The translations under genes and the position numbers were made by a program. The notes under the pieces are model-generated. The model was not told the origin of the DNA. It was given only the letters and a program-made list of their open reading frames with translations, and did not search any database. Below, piece by piece: positions 25,240 to 37,982 of a stretch of DNA of 64,000 bases (position 1 is its first letter; each line of letters begins with the position of its first letter). Origin of the DNA: Octopus vulgaris (taxonomy: Eukaryota); NCBI GenBank assembly GCA_951406725.2, contig OX597824.1, positions 31,806,001-31,870,000 on the forward strand, in the 5' to 3' direction.

Positions 25240-27420
25240 AAAATTTCTTGGCTTTGAATTTCATTCTCACCCATCCCATTAGCTCATCCAACTGCTCTAA
25301 CGTTTCATCTGCTGTTTCTCTATTTTCTGACAATACAGTAACGTCGTCCATAAAAGCCCTTAATGATGTCTTTGTAACAACTTTCTCAGTTTGTTAATCT
25401 TAGTAACATCTCCATGTCTAGCACAAATAAGATGACTGATATTGTACATCCAGTTGCAATACCTACTTCTAGCTGTTGCCACTCCATTGTGAACTTTCCT
25501 GCCGTAAATCTCATCCTCAATTTAGTGTAGTAATGCATCAGCATTTGTTGAACATCTGGAATCCAAAAGAAATCCATAGCTGCTTGAATTAGTGCACATG
25601 GAACAGATCCATATGCATTGGCAAGATCTAGTCATGCAAGGTACAGCTTTTTCTTTATTTGTTTTGCACTGTTGATAGCTTTCCAGATAGCAAATGCATG
25701 TTCTATGCATCCAGGGATTCTGGGGATCCCTACCTTCTGGAGTGCTTCATTAACATATCCGTTATGTTGTACAAATCTTATGATTCTCCTGGTAATAATT
25801 CCAAACATTATCTTAAGTACCAGTTCCGCATTGGGGTCGATTTAAATTGACTTAATACCTATGTCTGTCCTTGTTTGTCCCCTCTATGTTTAGCCCCTTG
25901 TGGGTAATAAAGAAATAGGTATTTCGTCTGCCGCTACATTCTGAGTTCATATTATCTTCTCATTCATATTTAGCAGTGAAATGGGTCTGAATTGCCCTAG
26001 TGTTTTTGCCTCCCTCTCTTTAGGTAAATAGATACCTTTTTCTTTACTACCCACAAGAGGCTAAACACAGAGGGGACAAATAAGGACAGACAAATGGATT
26101 AAGTCAATGGATTAAGTGCGTAGCTGGCACTTATTTTATCAACCCCAAAAGGATGAAAGGCAAAGTCGACCTCAGCGGAATTTGAACTCAGAACGTAGCG
26201 GCAGACGAAATACCGTTAAGCATTTCACCCAGCATGCTAACGTTTCTGCCAGACTGCCACCTTTAGGTAAATAGATACCATCAACTATACATTATCTCTC
26301 TGCTATGTCTTTCTTCTTCCACATTTCTCTTATCACTGCAAATAGTCATAAATGCAATTTCAGGCAATACTTATAAACCTTGTAGCTAACTTTGTTATTC
26401 CCTGGCGAACTCTTTGCTCTTGCTTTTCTAATGAACTCACCAATTTCTTTCCGTCAGATATTACTCAAATCAAATGGTACTCTTGGCTCAGGTGGTTTCT
26501 TTCGCCTGAGCATTTCTGGGAGTACTTTATTCCTATCAGCGTCATTATATGTCTCTTTAAGATGGTGTTTGAGTTCTTCTTTAGTGCATTTTAATCTTCT
26601 GTTCTTACTATCAGTAAACAGATGTTTAGGATACTGATATGGGTTGTTTACAAAACTATGTTAGTTCTTTTCTCTGTCCTATCTTCTGTTCTTCCTTCTT
26701 TCCTTCCTTAGTTGGTCTTGATGCCTCTTTTTTATCTCTTCATATAGTTGTTTTAGCCTTCCTCTTTTCTCCTCCTTTGCATCTCTCCATCTGATTCTTG
26801 GTTTTTTTTCTTCTCATCTCGTATCTTTGCAATCTGTCTTTCTCTTGTTGATGGTCTGCCCTTTGTTGATGATTCTCTAGTCCCTGCTGTTTCATGTCCA
26901 AATATTGTTCTCTCTTCCCCAAGAGATTATGTTAGCCAAGTTTTTGAGATTTTGTTTGTCATCCCTTTTGAATTTGGTGGTCATTCGTGTTACCTCATCA
27001 TCAAATTTCTTATAGCTAGCTCCTCATTTGCCTTCACCCACTTAATCTTTGGCCTCTTCATGCCTATCTCTTTTCCGGGCTGTTCTGATTCACCTATGGA
27101 ATGACCCTTGCTATGGCTTCCTTCCAGGAGGTTCTGGCTACATGTCTTCTGGATTTTCAACCTGTGCTGTTGAATCACTTCCTTCTGACACACTTTCCCC
27201 TGGTGAATTCCAATGTGACTAGAAAACACCTTTTTGCAGCAGTTGAATTTCTCATCTACCTTTCCTTTACTGCTTCCTTTCTCATTGCACTGTTGAATTA
27301 CTTTCTCCTGACACATCTTCCCTTGGGGAATTCTAAGCCTGATGAAACTAGAAAACATCTTTCCACAGCAGCTGAATTCTTCATCTACCTTTCTCATTGT
27401 CCATTTCCTTTCTCATTGTT
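25240..27420 (-). mobile_element. HERO-like (R2 superfamily) non-LTR retrotransposon, N-terminus through RT, degraded
   Basis: Duplicated N-terminal motif CCGKMFSS...QGKMC; QKVGIPRIPGCIEH; DLANAYGSVP; WQQLEVGIATGCTISVILFVL; RAFMDDVTVL; MGWVRMKFKAKK. Confidence 0.85.
26037..26260 (-). mobile_element. SINE family B inserted in the HERO-like element, 19-bp TSD
   Basis: ctttaggtaaatagatacc at 26018-26036 and 26261-26279. Confidence 0.9.
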
Positions 27421-27760
27421 CATTTTCAGAAGGAGTTATGAGAAATTAATCAAAGAGTGCAGGGAACAGAGGTGGATTGTCAAGTATTACCACCTGGCAG
27501 TAGGGGCTAGAGGTTTCATTGAAAGGAAAATGGCAACATTATTTAAAAGATTTGCATTTACGAGCACAGAACTGAGAAAAGTAATAAGGAGGATACAAGA
27601 GGCAGTCAACAAAGACAGCTTCTATATATGGCTGAAACGAGAAGACTCAAAATGGCTCCAAAGCCATAGTATGCCAACTGGGAAATAGTGTCACCTGGTG
27701 AGGCTGGGTGGCACTTAAACAGCTTTGCTGCATGATGGGTGGACTGAGGGAACCATCTCA
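27420..27760 (+). mobile_element. C-terminal end of a HERO-like ORF (restriction-like endonuclease end), opposite strand to the RT part
   Basis: SYEKLIKECREQRW...LAVGARGF...DSFYIWLKRED...* (stop at 27688) matches the HERO C-terminal pattern. Confidence 0.75.
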
Positions 27761-29270
27761 TTCATTCACACCGTCCTCCTCGATAATTCAATGGCTTGTA
27801 TCACAAGACAGCTAGTCAGCTCTGGCTGCTGGAACTGAAGTTCATATGATTCTGTTGGAAGGCCTAGAGAGTGCATGGGCGAAAACTGCGTACCCTTCAT
27901 TTCCATTGGTCAGTAGACTGCATCACATGACAGTAAGTCGACGCAGGCTGCTGAAGCTTAGATTGTGTTACATGACAGTTAGCTGGTGTTGGCTGCTGGA
28001 GCATATTTAAAGGGAAATTTGGCAGGGTAGTTATTCACCCACTGACATTCATTGACGCTGCATGGAAGACAATGCAACAAAATAACAAAAAAACGTTCTC
28101 AAAACCAGAGCTGAAGACACCTCTGAAAATAGGGTCCCCACCATGTTGGAAAACGGTAGAGGAGTAGGGACCAAAATTGGATGTGGTTCCTCCTGATGAC
28201 ATCCTTAGCTACTGGATCCTATAAAGTTGTTGAGTGAGCAAACCAAGAAATGTGGTTGGAATTCCTAATGAGAGGAAGTATTATCATGATTAAATATATG
28301 AAACAAGAACAAAGAAGTATTTGTTTCTCTCTCATCTTGATATGCAACAGGACTTTCTTCCCAACCTAATGTATTATGTGATACACTAGATTTCTGTTTT
28401 TGTAGATATTATACCAGTGATTATGAAAAATTTTAGACCGGCAAGTTTAAACTTTAATTTTCTGCACAATCCTTGTATTGAAGTATCACTTACATGTATT
28501 CTAGTTTCAAATACATGTCTACAAATAAATGACCTAGTTTTGAAAATATTAAAAAAAATTTTGACTTTAATAAAACATGACTTGAAATTTCAAAATATAT
28601 TTATAAAGTTAGGATAATAAAATAAAATTTTAAATGTTGTCTTAAATCTTATAACATGTTTGTTGGTGAGTTTGGGAAGGCAGTTGCTTTGTAGGTGGAA
28701 TATAGTGTAGTATGTATAAGAAGGCTTTAGTTATATATTTAAATGCAACACAGACACCATTCAACTCACCTAACCCTAACACTAACCACTAATTCTATTT
28801 CTCTTGTAGATTTTTTAAATATAATTTTATGCTGTAAATAATGTTTCACATGAATGCATTCGTATGAAAATGCTTCAAAATCACTTGCAAGAATTTTAAT
28901 GTGGTTATGAGGTAAGAAGGTTGCTTCTCAGTCACAGTTTAGTTCCATTCCATGGCACTTGAGGCAGGTATCTTCTGCTATAATCCCAGTTAGACCAAAA
29001 CCTTCTTAGTGAATTTGGTAAATGGAAACTGCAAAAAGCCTATCATTTATAACCATTCTTTTAATATTGAGTGCTTTATTGATTTGCAGGATTTTTAAAT
29101 CCCATTTTCTCTTCTAATTATATGCATATATGTGTGTAAATATATGTGCGTGTATGTGTGTACATGCACATGTATGTATACATATATGTGTACATACATA
29201 TATATATATATATATATATAGATATAGATAGACAGACAGACAGACAGATAGATACACACATATATATATA

Positions 29271-30180
29271 GAGAGATAAGTTATATTAAATCTATGAGTG
29301 AGATATAAGCAGTAGCTGTACAGAATTGTAAAATATATTGGCAAACTAAATGTGGTGGTTCTATATAGGATGGTGTTACTGTTGTTTTTAGCCCCAGAAA
29401 GACATCTGCAGCTTCCAACAACACACAGTTTGTGTTCGATTAGTATTTGCAAGGAAGGTCATTGCTTCCATCTCTAGCCTTATGTGGTATACACAGACTC
29501 GTCTTCAGTGTGTGTTAGTCACTGGCTGGTGATGAAGAGTTCATTCCACTCGTGAAATGCTATATCCCTTTTCTAGCAACACACAGTTGCTGATTTTGTA
29601 AAGTGAGAGATAAGTTATATTAAATCTCTGAGCAACAGATAAACAGTAACAGTATGGAATCATAAAATATATTTGCCAAGGCTAGAGATGGGAACGATGA
29701 CCTCCTTCACAAATACTAATCGGACACAGACTGGGTGCTGTTGGCCAGCTGGAGGAGATGTCTTCCTGAGGCTAAAAACAACAGTAACACCATCTTCTAT
29801 AGGATTTCCACATTTAGTTGGCATATATATTTTACGATTCTGTACTCTTACTGTTTAACTCTCGCTCAGAGATTTAATATAACTTATCTCCCTCTTTATG
29901 AAATCAGCAACAGTGTGTCACTAGAAAAAGGATATAGTATTCCATGAGTGGAATGAGTTCTTCATCACCAGCCAGTGATTAACACACACTGAAGACAGGT
30001 AACCACTCAGAAACCTGGGTCTGTGTGTATCACATAAGGCTAGAAATGGGAGTGATGACCTCTCTCGCAAATACTAATCAGACACAAACTGTGTGTCATA
30101 GGCCAGCTGGAGGAAATGTCTTCCTGGGGTCAAAAACAACAGGAACACCGTCCTCTATAGTTGGCAGATATATTTTATGA
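29271..30180. repeat. ~350-bp tandem plus inverted repeat with a hammerhead motif (retrozyme-like)
   Basis: About 1.2 units on the minus strand (29271-29679, period 334) abut about 1.4 units on the plus strand (29678-30180, period 358). Confidence 0.8.
29982..30028 (+). ncRNA. Minimal type I hammerhead ribozyme
   Basis: acacaca-CTGAAGA-caggtaaccactca-GAAA-c ctgg g-TC-tgtgtgt; 7-bp stem I, intact core and GUC site; stem II weakened. Confidence 0.75.
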
Positions 30181-30336
30181 CATTCCCACACACACCTTTG
30201 CCTCTATACATTCAATGAAGCTTTACCTAGTTTCAAATGGTTATTGACTGCTACCTCCAGCAAAAATTGGTTCCTTGCTGTGCCACTATTTCCTATATAT
30301 ATATACACACACAAATACATATAGTGTATGTATATA

Positions 30337-30890
30337 TGGTGGCTGCCCCCTCGTTATTGAGTATGGCCATTGCACGAAGCTTAATCAATGTTGTTATCAT
30401 GCAATGCCTGTGCAAGAAGATTTTTTTTAAAGTGAGGAAAGGCTGTGCACTGAGTCAATCCCACTCACTAAGCAACAGCAGCCAAAATCCGAAAAGAAGA
30501 ACAAGTCAACATTATCGGTAACCACTGAGCCGCAGGTTTTATGTCAAAGTTATCCCAGTTACCTGAGTTACCTTCTCCTAAAAGGATGCCCTAACAAAGG
30601 CTAGGAGTCCTTCACTCCCAATGGTTTAACCACACGATCGGGTATTCAGTCTGATTATTTCTATGTCCCCGCAGATAATACAGCCTTAAGACATTTATTG
30701 GATGGCCGTTGACTCTCAAGAGTTCCTCTGCCCTTTGACGGGTTTTGTTTTTCATCCCGCAGGGTGTCCAATAAACACCCTCCTCACCAAGCAAGCTTGG
30801 TGGGGTTGCCAGTTTAGTTGCCGACGACCCGACCATGCAACAGGTTGTACTGGGTTACATGTTACCAGTAGCACTCGAAAGTGACCTGAC
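30337..30890 (-). mobile_element. Non-autonomous bipartite RTE-derived element
   Basis: 3' tail nearly identical to 11491-11536; upstream part resembles an RTE 5' UTR (gggcatccttttaggagaaggtaactc); no ORF between them. Confidence 0.6.
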
Positions 30891-30896
30891 ATAATG

Positions 30897-30927
<31 letters not shown>

Positions 30928-30945
30928 ACACAAATACATATACTG

Positions 30946-31001
<56 letters not shown>

Positions 31002-31289
31002 CACACATGCTTACAAATACATGTGTGTATGCATGTATGTATGTGTGTGTATTTGTGTGTTTATGTATGTCCACCACCATTGCTTGCCAACAAATGTTGG
31101 TTTGTTTATATTCCTGTCCTTAGTGATTCAGTAAAAGAGACCGAATGAAAAGTTCCAGACTTTAGATAAATAAGCACAAGGGTTGCTTTGCTTGATTAAA
31201 AACCCTTCAAAGCTGCAGTCCAATGACTGAAACAAGTATAAGTTAAAAGACCACCAGCAATTTTTTCTAAGAAGTTTACAATCTGTATG

Positions 31290-32050
31290 TTTATCCACAA
31301 TTACACAATCATGCATTCATTTTCCATTTCTTCTAAATCGGCTCCAAGTGCCATGAATCTTTCTTTTTTGACTTCAGCTGAGCAAATGCATCCAATTGCA
31401 CATCTATGAAATCTGCTTCAACAAGATATTTTATAAACCCTATTGTTGTCTCTCATACTAGTTCCATATAAAAAAAACACCTGTGCTGGTGCCATGTAGA
31501 AAGCATCCATGCTGGTGCCATGTAGGAAGTAACTATGTTGGTGCCATGTAAAAAGCACCCATGCTTGTTCCACATTAAAAGCACCTGTGCTGGTGCCACA
31601 TAAAAAGCATCCAGTACCCTCTGTAAAGTGACTGGCACTAAGAAGGGCATCCAGCCATAGAAACCTTGGCAAAACACACAATTGGGACTCCTGTCAACCA
31701 AACCATCCAACCCATGCCAGCAGGGAAAGCGAACTTTAAATAATGATGATGATGAACTTCCTGAATTGTGCAAATCTAAGAAAATTGCTCAATTAATGTC
31801 CTTAAAATTTCTATAAATTTTTTTGCATGTAGTTCAAGATTCTTTCATCTGGTTTCTTCATAGAATTTCTTTGTACTTAGGAAGTACTTAAAATGTTTTC
31901 TTTTTAAGCTGTTATGAAATATGTTAAGTTTGTTCTGTAAGCTCTTGATCAAGCCAAATGTCTCAGCAACAGATTTCACAAAACCTTGCAGTTTAATATT
32001 TAGTTCATTCATATACAATGAAATGTTTATGAAAAATACTAGTTTATAAA
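31290..32050 (-). mobile_element. hAT-like transposase remnant, interrupted by an RTE tail (31455-31755)
   Basis: KLVFFINISLYMNELNIKLQG...IKSLQNKLNIF...HFKYF resembles Charlie/SPIN-type hAT transposases. Confidence 0.55.
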
Positions 32051-32310
32051 GCATCATCATCACCATCATCATCATCATCATCATCATCTTTGTTTAACAT
32101 CCATTTCTGTGCTAGTACGGATTGGACGGTTCGACCGTGGTCTGGGAAGCCAGGAGGCTGCACCAGGCTCCAGTCTGATCTGGCAGTGTTTCTACAGCAG
32201 GATGCCCTTCATAACGCCAACCACTCCATGAGTGTAGTGGGTGCTTTTTACGTGCCACTGGCACAGGTGCCAGGGGAAGCTGGCAATGGCCACCATCAGT
32301 TAGTGCTTTA
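32050..32310 (-). mobile_element. RTE 3' UTR/tail fragment
   Basis: (CAT)n plus the reverse complement of the conserved RTE tail. Confidence 0.8.
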
Positions 32311-33015
32311 ATAATTTAAATGAGAAAAATGACTAAAATATCCAACAAACCACCTAAATACTTGATCACGATAACCATTGTGCATCGATGAAAAAAAAAA
32401 ATTATATCCAGTTTTATGCCAAAATACTTGACCACAATAGCCATTTACATAATTGGACATTAATAAACTATTTTTAACTCATATTCATTAAAGAAAATTT
32501 ATTAAATTTTGCTTTATTCAAAAGCTGTAACTGCTATCAAATTGATTATCTTTGTCATAACTTTCATTTCAATATTGAAATTTTTGAATCCAGCTTTTAT
32601 GTACAGTATTTCCTGATATATAATATAAAAGAAAGAAAGGGTGGGAAAACAAACAGTTTCTGTAAATTACTTTACAAACTCAACATTTCAAACTATCATA
32701 TTAAGGGTGCCATCAGTCATAATGGAAACTACTTTTGGCAACTTGATCAGTTTACAGGAAACATTTTAACATAGTAGCTTACTCCTTTTCCTTTTGTGCT
32801 ATGAAGTAACATCTTAGATTTCAACTCCTTGTGAGAATATTGTACAGTATTGGATGCAGACATGACTGTGCAGTAACAAATTTGCTTCTGAATCACATGG
32901 TTCTGCATTCAGTTTCACGGTGTGGCACCTTCGGAGAGTGTTTTTTTTTACTACAGCCCCAGGCCAGCCAGAGCCTTGTAAGTGAGGAAACTGAAAAAAG
33001 CTTGTTGTGTGTGTT

Positions 33016-33074
<59 letters not shown>

Positions 33075-33173
33075 GTGTTTGTGTGTGTGTTTGTGTGTGT
33101 ATTTGTGTGTGTATTTGTGTGTGTGTTTGTGTGTGTGTGTGTTTGCGTGTTTGTGTGCATGCTTGTGTGTGTG

Positions 33174-33207
<34 letters not shown>

Positions 33208-33439
33208 AGTGTTTGTGTGTGTGTGTGTTTGGTGTGTGTGTGTGTGCACGCGTGTGCATGCGTGTGCCTTTGCTTTTGCTCTGGTCATATCAGCCTATGT
33301 CAAAAGCTATTGAAGAGCTGCTGATGCATTAATTTGTGACTGTTAATTGATGGGATCTAATACAATGTGCTGTACCATTAAATCACACTAAAAATACCAT
33401 TTCCTGAGGCTATCTTAAAACTTTGAAATTCTTCGTTAA

Positions 33440-34200
33440 ATGTAGCACCTCTGTGCTTACAAATTTCTTGTAAGTATTTCTTGAGAGTATCTTGTATTTC
33501 TCTAAAGCTACCATTCAATCTTGCATTGAATATCGCCGTCATCTTTGGGCTAGTGCTTTCTCTGAGTGTCTTAGCTTGCTTGACAAAATTCAGAATTTTG
33601 TTAACATGGTGGATCACCTCTTTTTCTCTTGGTTGGAAGGTTCTGCCTATTGTAGAAATGAATCTTTGTTGTGACTTTCCTATAAGTATTTCCATGAGAA
33701 TTGCTCTGATGAACTTTCTGGTCTGGTACCCTTGGCCAAGACCTTTAAATGTGTCATCTTCTTCTCTTCCCAGGCACATATATTTCTTTACTACCCACAA
33801 GGGGCTAAACATAGAGGGGACAAACAAGGACAGACAAAGGGATTAAGTCGATTGCATCGACCCAGTGCAAAACTGGTACTTTATTTATCGACCCCGAGGG
33901 GATGAAAGGCAAAGTCGACCTCGGCGGAATTTGAACTCAGAACGTAACGACAGACGAAATACCACTAAGCATTTCACCCGGCGAGCTTTCTGTTAATCAT
34001 AAGTTATGGTTATTCTAATATTAGTCTAATAGCTCCTTTCCTCAAATTGCTGCTCTCTGGAACTCATAACCATCACCTTGTTTTCCTTTGGTCTGTGACA
34101 TTGAGTATTATAAGTTTTCTGTAAATTGATATCTTTTAAATTTCTAGGCCCCTTTTTTACCTTCTTTGTTGTCCCTTATGTTACAGTAACCCAAAGCCTT
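33440..34200 (+). mobile_element. CR1-group LINE 3' remnant, interrupted by SINE B (33781-33990, minus)
   Basis: ATIQSCIEYRRHLWASAFSECLSLLDKIQ; after the SINE, a tttcctcaaattgctgctctctggaactca (FPQIAALWNS) motif. Confidence 0.55.
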
Positions 34201-34655
34201 GTTTAAGGGACAAAGCTGTTCAAAATAATAAATTTTTTTATATGACACTACAGGAAGAATTTTTTTCTATAAGTCCATTGTGTACTCAGCAAAGGTCAAT
34301 TCTTTTTCACTCCCCCTGCATTATAGAGTTGCCATCAGTGTGTTACAAGACCTAATTTCATAAATCTAGCAAGATTTCATAAAATTATTGGCCATTTGAG
34401 GAACGTTGCCATAGTTATCTTAACTTCAGACAGTTGGTATGTAAAGTTCATGTGTCAAAATAGATAAAAAAAAAATAATCAATTATTCTGCAAATTTTCT
34501 GATTTCTGCTTCCAGTACACAATTTATGATTTCCCGGAGTCATTTCTACAATATTTACTGTATTTGATAGACTGTCTTTTTGCCAAAGAGATGTCTCCAA
34601 AACATCGCCCAGGTCCTATATCCAAAGCTAGACCTATAATACAGGCTTTAACCTG

Positions 34656-34699
<44 letters not shown>

Positions 34700-34705
<6 letters not shown>

Positions 34706-34812
34706 TCCCCCCAACATCGCTTGACAACCGATGGTGTTGTGTTTACATCCCTGCTGACCAAAGTCTTGAGTGGATCTGGTAAACGGAAACTGAAAGAAGC
34801 CCATCATATATA

Positions 34813-34854
<42 letters not shown>

Positions 34855-35056
34855 TGTCTGTCTGTCCCCTCCAACATCGCTTGACAACCGATGCTGGTTT
34901 GTTTACGTCCCCATTTCTTAGCGGTGCAGCAAAAGAGACCGATAGAATAAGTACTAGGCTTACAAAGAATAAGTCCTGGGGTCGATTTGCTCGACTAAAG
35001 GCGGTGCTGCAGCATGGCCGCAGTCAAATGACTGAAACAAGTAAAAGAGTAAAAGA
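34700..35056 (+). mobile_element. Rearranged SINE family A with partial internal duplication
   Basis: gtcccc..caacatcgcttgacaaccgatg occurs twice, separated by (TG)n. Confidence 0.75.
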
Positions 35057-35194
35057 GCTGAAATTCGATTGCATCTAAATTGTCATATATATTTTATGCT
35101 ATCAAAGATGGTAAATAACATTCATTGACTTTCAGTTTTCTTATTACTGGGATGCCTATGCTAGAGGTACCAATATCATTTCCTTATGTATGTT

Positions 35195-37982
35195 CAGGGG
35201 TTGAACAAAATAATGGAAGCACCTAGCATTATAGCATCATAATTTTGAAATATCTATAAAACCATCAAAAGCTTGTTTACTTTTGTTTTTTGATTTATTA
35301 TTAGTGTTGCTTAATATGTGCTAAAATTGCTAAATTTGCCGCTTCTTTACAGATATCATCAGGAAAAGGTAATTAAAATTCATTAAAATGACAGGTCTAT
35401 TGGACTTTCAAAGAGGTCAAATTGTTGGTGCTCATATGGCAGGCACTAGAGTAACAAAAACAGCTGAAATGTTTGGTGTATCAAGAAGTACTGTAAATCC
35501 TCAAGTATAGTCTGCCCTTGAGTATAATACGCAGGGGATTTTTAGGGAGTTGTATCTCTGAAAAACCTAAACCTTGTGTATAATACACGCCCCTTCTCTA
35601 ACTTGAGTCAAGGAGGTCTATATAACGTCCTTGGTTTGTAAAAATGTATACGGTAATGTCCTTTATTATTATTGTATATATAACATAATGCAAATGTGTA
35701 GCTTTTTTGTGCATTTTGTTTGCAGAAAATAAAGAAATAACAATAATAACGTCAGTGAAACAAATGTTAAGTAAATTGCCTTTACATATTTATCCCTATC
35801 AGTTACAAAAGCAAAAATATTTATTCAAATCCTTCAAATTCAACATCACTTTCAGCATCAAATAACTGTTCCATTTGTTCCTCCGTAAACATGTCAGCAT
35901 CATTGTAGTGTAAGTCTCTGTCATCGTCAGATTCATTGTCAACATCAGAAGATTCACTTTCATTTATTTCATCTTTCCATACAACGTCATCCTGAATACC
36001 ATCCAGTGCAGACGATATAAAACATGTGATAAAACTTTCCACAATAATCTGGGGATCAAATTCATTCCATGCATACACGATCTATTTGCATATCAAAGTC
36101 AGGTCGGGAGCACGAACCTTTCCACTTTTAGTGAATGACTAAAGTTACTGGCCCAGCCATGTGATGCTTTAAATTCAGACTCATTAAGTTTTATCTTTTT
36201 AGCAATGAGTTTTGCCTGTAGCCTCAAATGTACTGTATTAATGGCTATTCCACCAAGTCTTCATTCCGCTACCCATTCAAGCAAAACTTTTTCAAGCTCA
36301 GGATGTTTGGCTTTTTCCCTCCTTCTTGCCTTCTTTATCTTTGGCATCTGTTTAATTTCATCTTTATTTCTTCTCCATAACCTGACATTGCTTTCGTCAA
36401 CATCAAATTTTCTTCTGGCGGCCCTACTACCATGCTCTTCAGCATATGATATAACTTCAAATTATATCATAGCTGAATAAGATCTATGAGGCATTTCATG
36501 GGCATGTAATGTATAAATTGTTTTATTGGAGATTAATGTACAGGTTTAAGTCCTGCTTATAAAAAACCCTAGTAAAGACCCACAGTAGTTCAAACATTTA
36601 ATACTGGTATTTAATTATCTATTATTTGCCACAGTAATGATGCAAACTACCAATACAAACAACAGGATAAACTATTTAGCATTAGACTATTAAGCACAAT
36701 TAGTGCATAATTAAGCTAGCAGCACCTTCCACGCATGCATAATACAATAATGGTGAAGTTCTTAACTGTTATATGGGAATACAAATGTGTTTACTAATTG
36801 TTTTTGTTACATGGTATTCTGTGCTCTGAATGCTTTTATTTTAATAAATGTTGCTTACTGCAAGTTATGGATAATTCTTTTATGACTTCATTGCTTTCAG
36901 GTTTAACTTAAGGCATTTTTGTGCACGACATCACAAAATGCATCTGAATAAACATTGCCAGACAGCAAATAGAGACTCGGACATTACTTAGAAAATAATT
37001 TTCATTTTTAGCCTCGTATATGGTACACACTAGCGGTTTTGACCTTTAAATTTTGGGAAAAACATGTGGATTATACTCGAGGATTTACGGTACTGTCTTG
37101 AAAGTAATGACAGCCTTTGAGAAAGGGGGAAAAACCTCTTCATCAAAACAAAATCTGGAAGAAAACCAAAACTTTCAGATAGGGACCATTGGACTCTTAT
37201 GCAAATCGTTAGAAAGGATCACAAAAGTACAGCTCCCAAAATTACTGCAGAGATTAATGAACACCTCGAGAATCCAGTTTCCACAAAAACTGTTTGCCGA
37301 GAGCTGCACAAAGCTGGATTTCATGGGAGGGCTGCAATCAGAAAACCACTACTTTCAAAAACAAACTTTGCAAAGCATTTCGAGTGGAGTAATATCCTAC
37401 AGAATTGGTCCCCAGAGCAGCAGAAGAATGTTATTTTCTCAAACAAGTCATCCTTTACCTTATTTCCAACCATGGACTGAGTATATGTGTGGAGACAGCC
37501 AAAAGAAGCATTTGACCAAGATTGCCTTCTTCCAACTGTTAAACATGGAGGAGGATCTGTGATGATCTGCAGTGCTATATCTTAGAAATCCGCCAGCCCA
37601 AAGGCTTCCTTTAATGGCAGAATTGATAGTCAAGACTATTTAAGCATTTCATCCTATGGTTGTGGAACTGTTTCTGGAAGAAAACGCAATCTTTCAGGAT
37701 GATAATGCACCAATTCACACGGCTAAAGTTGTTACTGAATGGCACGAGGAACATTCTAGTGAAGTTGAAGGAGTCAATATCTTCCACCATCATCACTACA
37801 AGAACTGGAGACTGTTTTAGCTGGAGAATGGACAAAAATTCATTTGGAAACAATTCAAACTTTGTATGAGTCCATACCTCATAGAATTCAAACTGTAATT
37901 ACTGCCAAAGGCAGTCCTACCCCGTATTAAAATAAATTTGTTTGAAATTTTAAGGTGTTTCCATAATTTTGTCCAACCCCTA
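35195..37982 (+). mobile_element. Tc1-like transposon, split by a pogo-like insertion
   Basis: TIRs caggggttgaacaaaataatggaagcacct / aggtgtttccataattttgtccaaccccta; MTGLLDFQRGQIVG...GVSRST continues after 37092; PTVKHGGGSVMI; FQDDNAPIH. Confidence 0.9.
35491..37090 (-). mobile_element. pogo-like transposon (POGK-type DNA-binding domains), internally deleted
   Basis: TIRs ctgtaaatcctcaagtata / tatactcgaggatttacgg; TA TSD; YAEEHGSRAARRKFDVDESNVRLWR; FKASHGW; acidic C-terminus. Confidence 0.85.

Noticed and set aside
32831-33332. ORFs rich in CV/HT dipeptides
   Set aside because: Translation of (TG)n microsatellite
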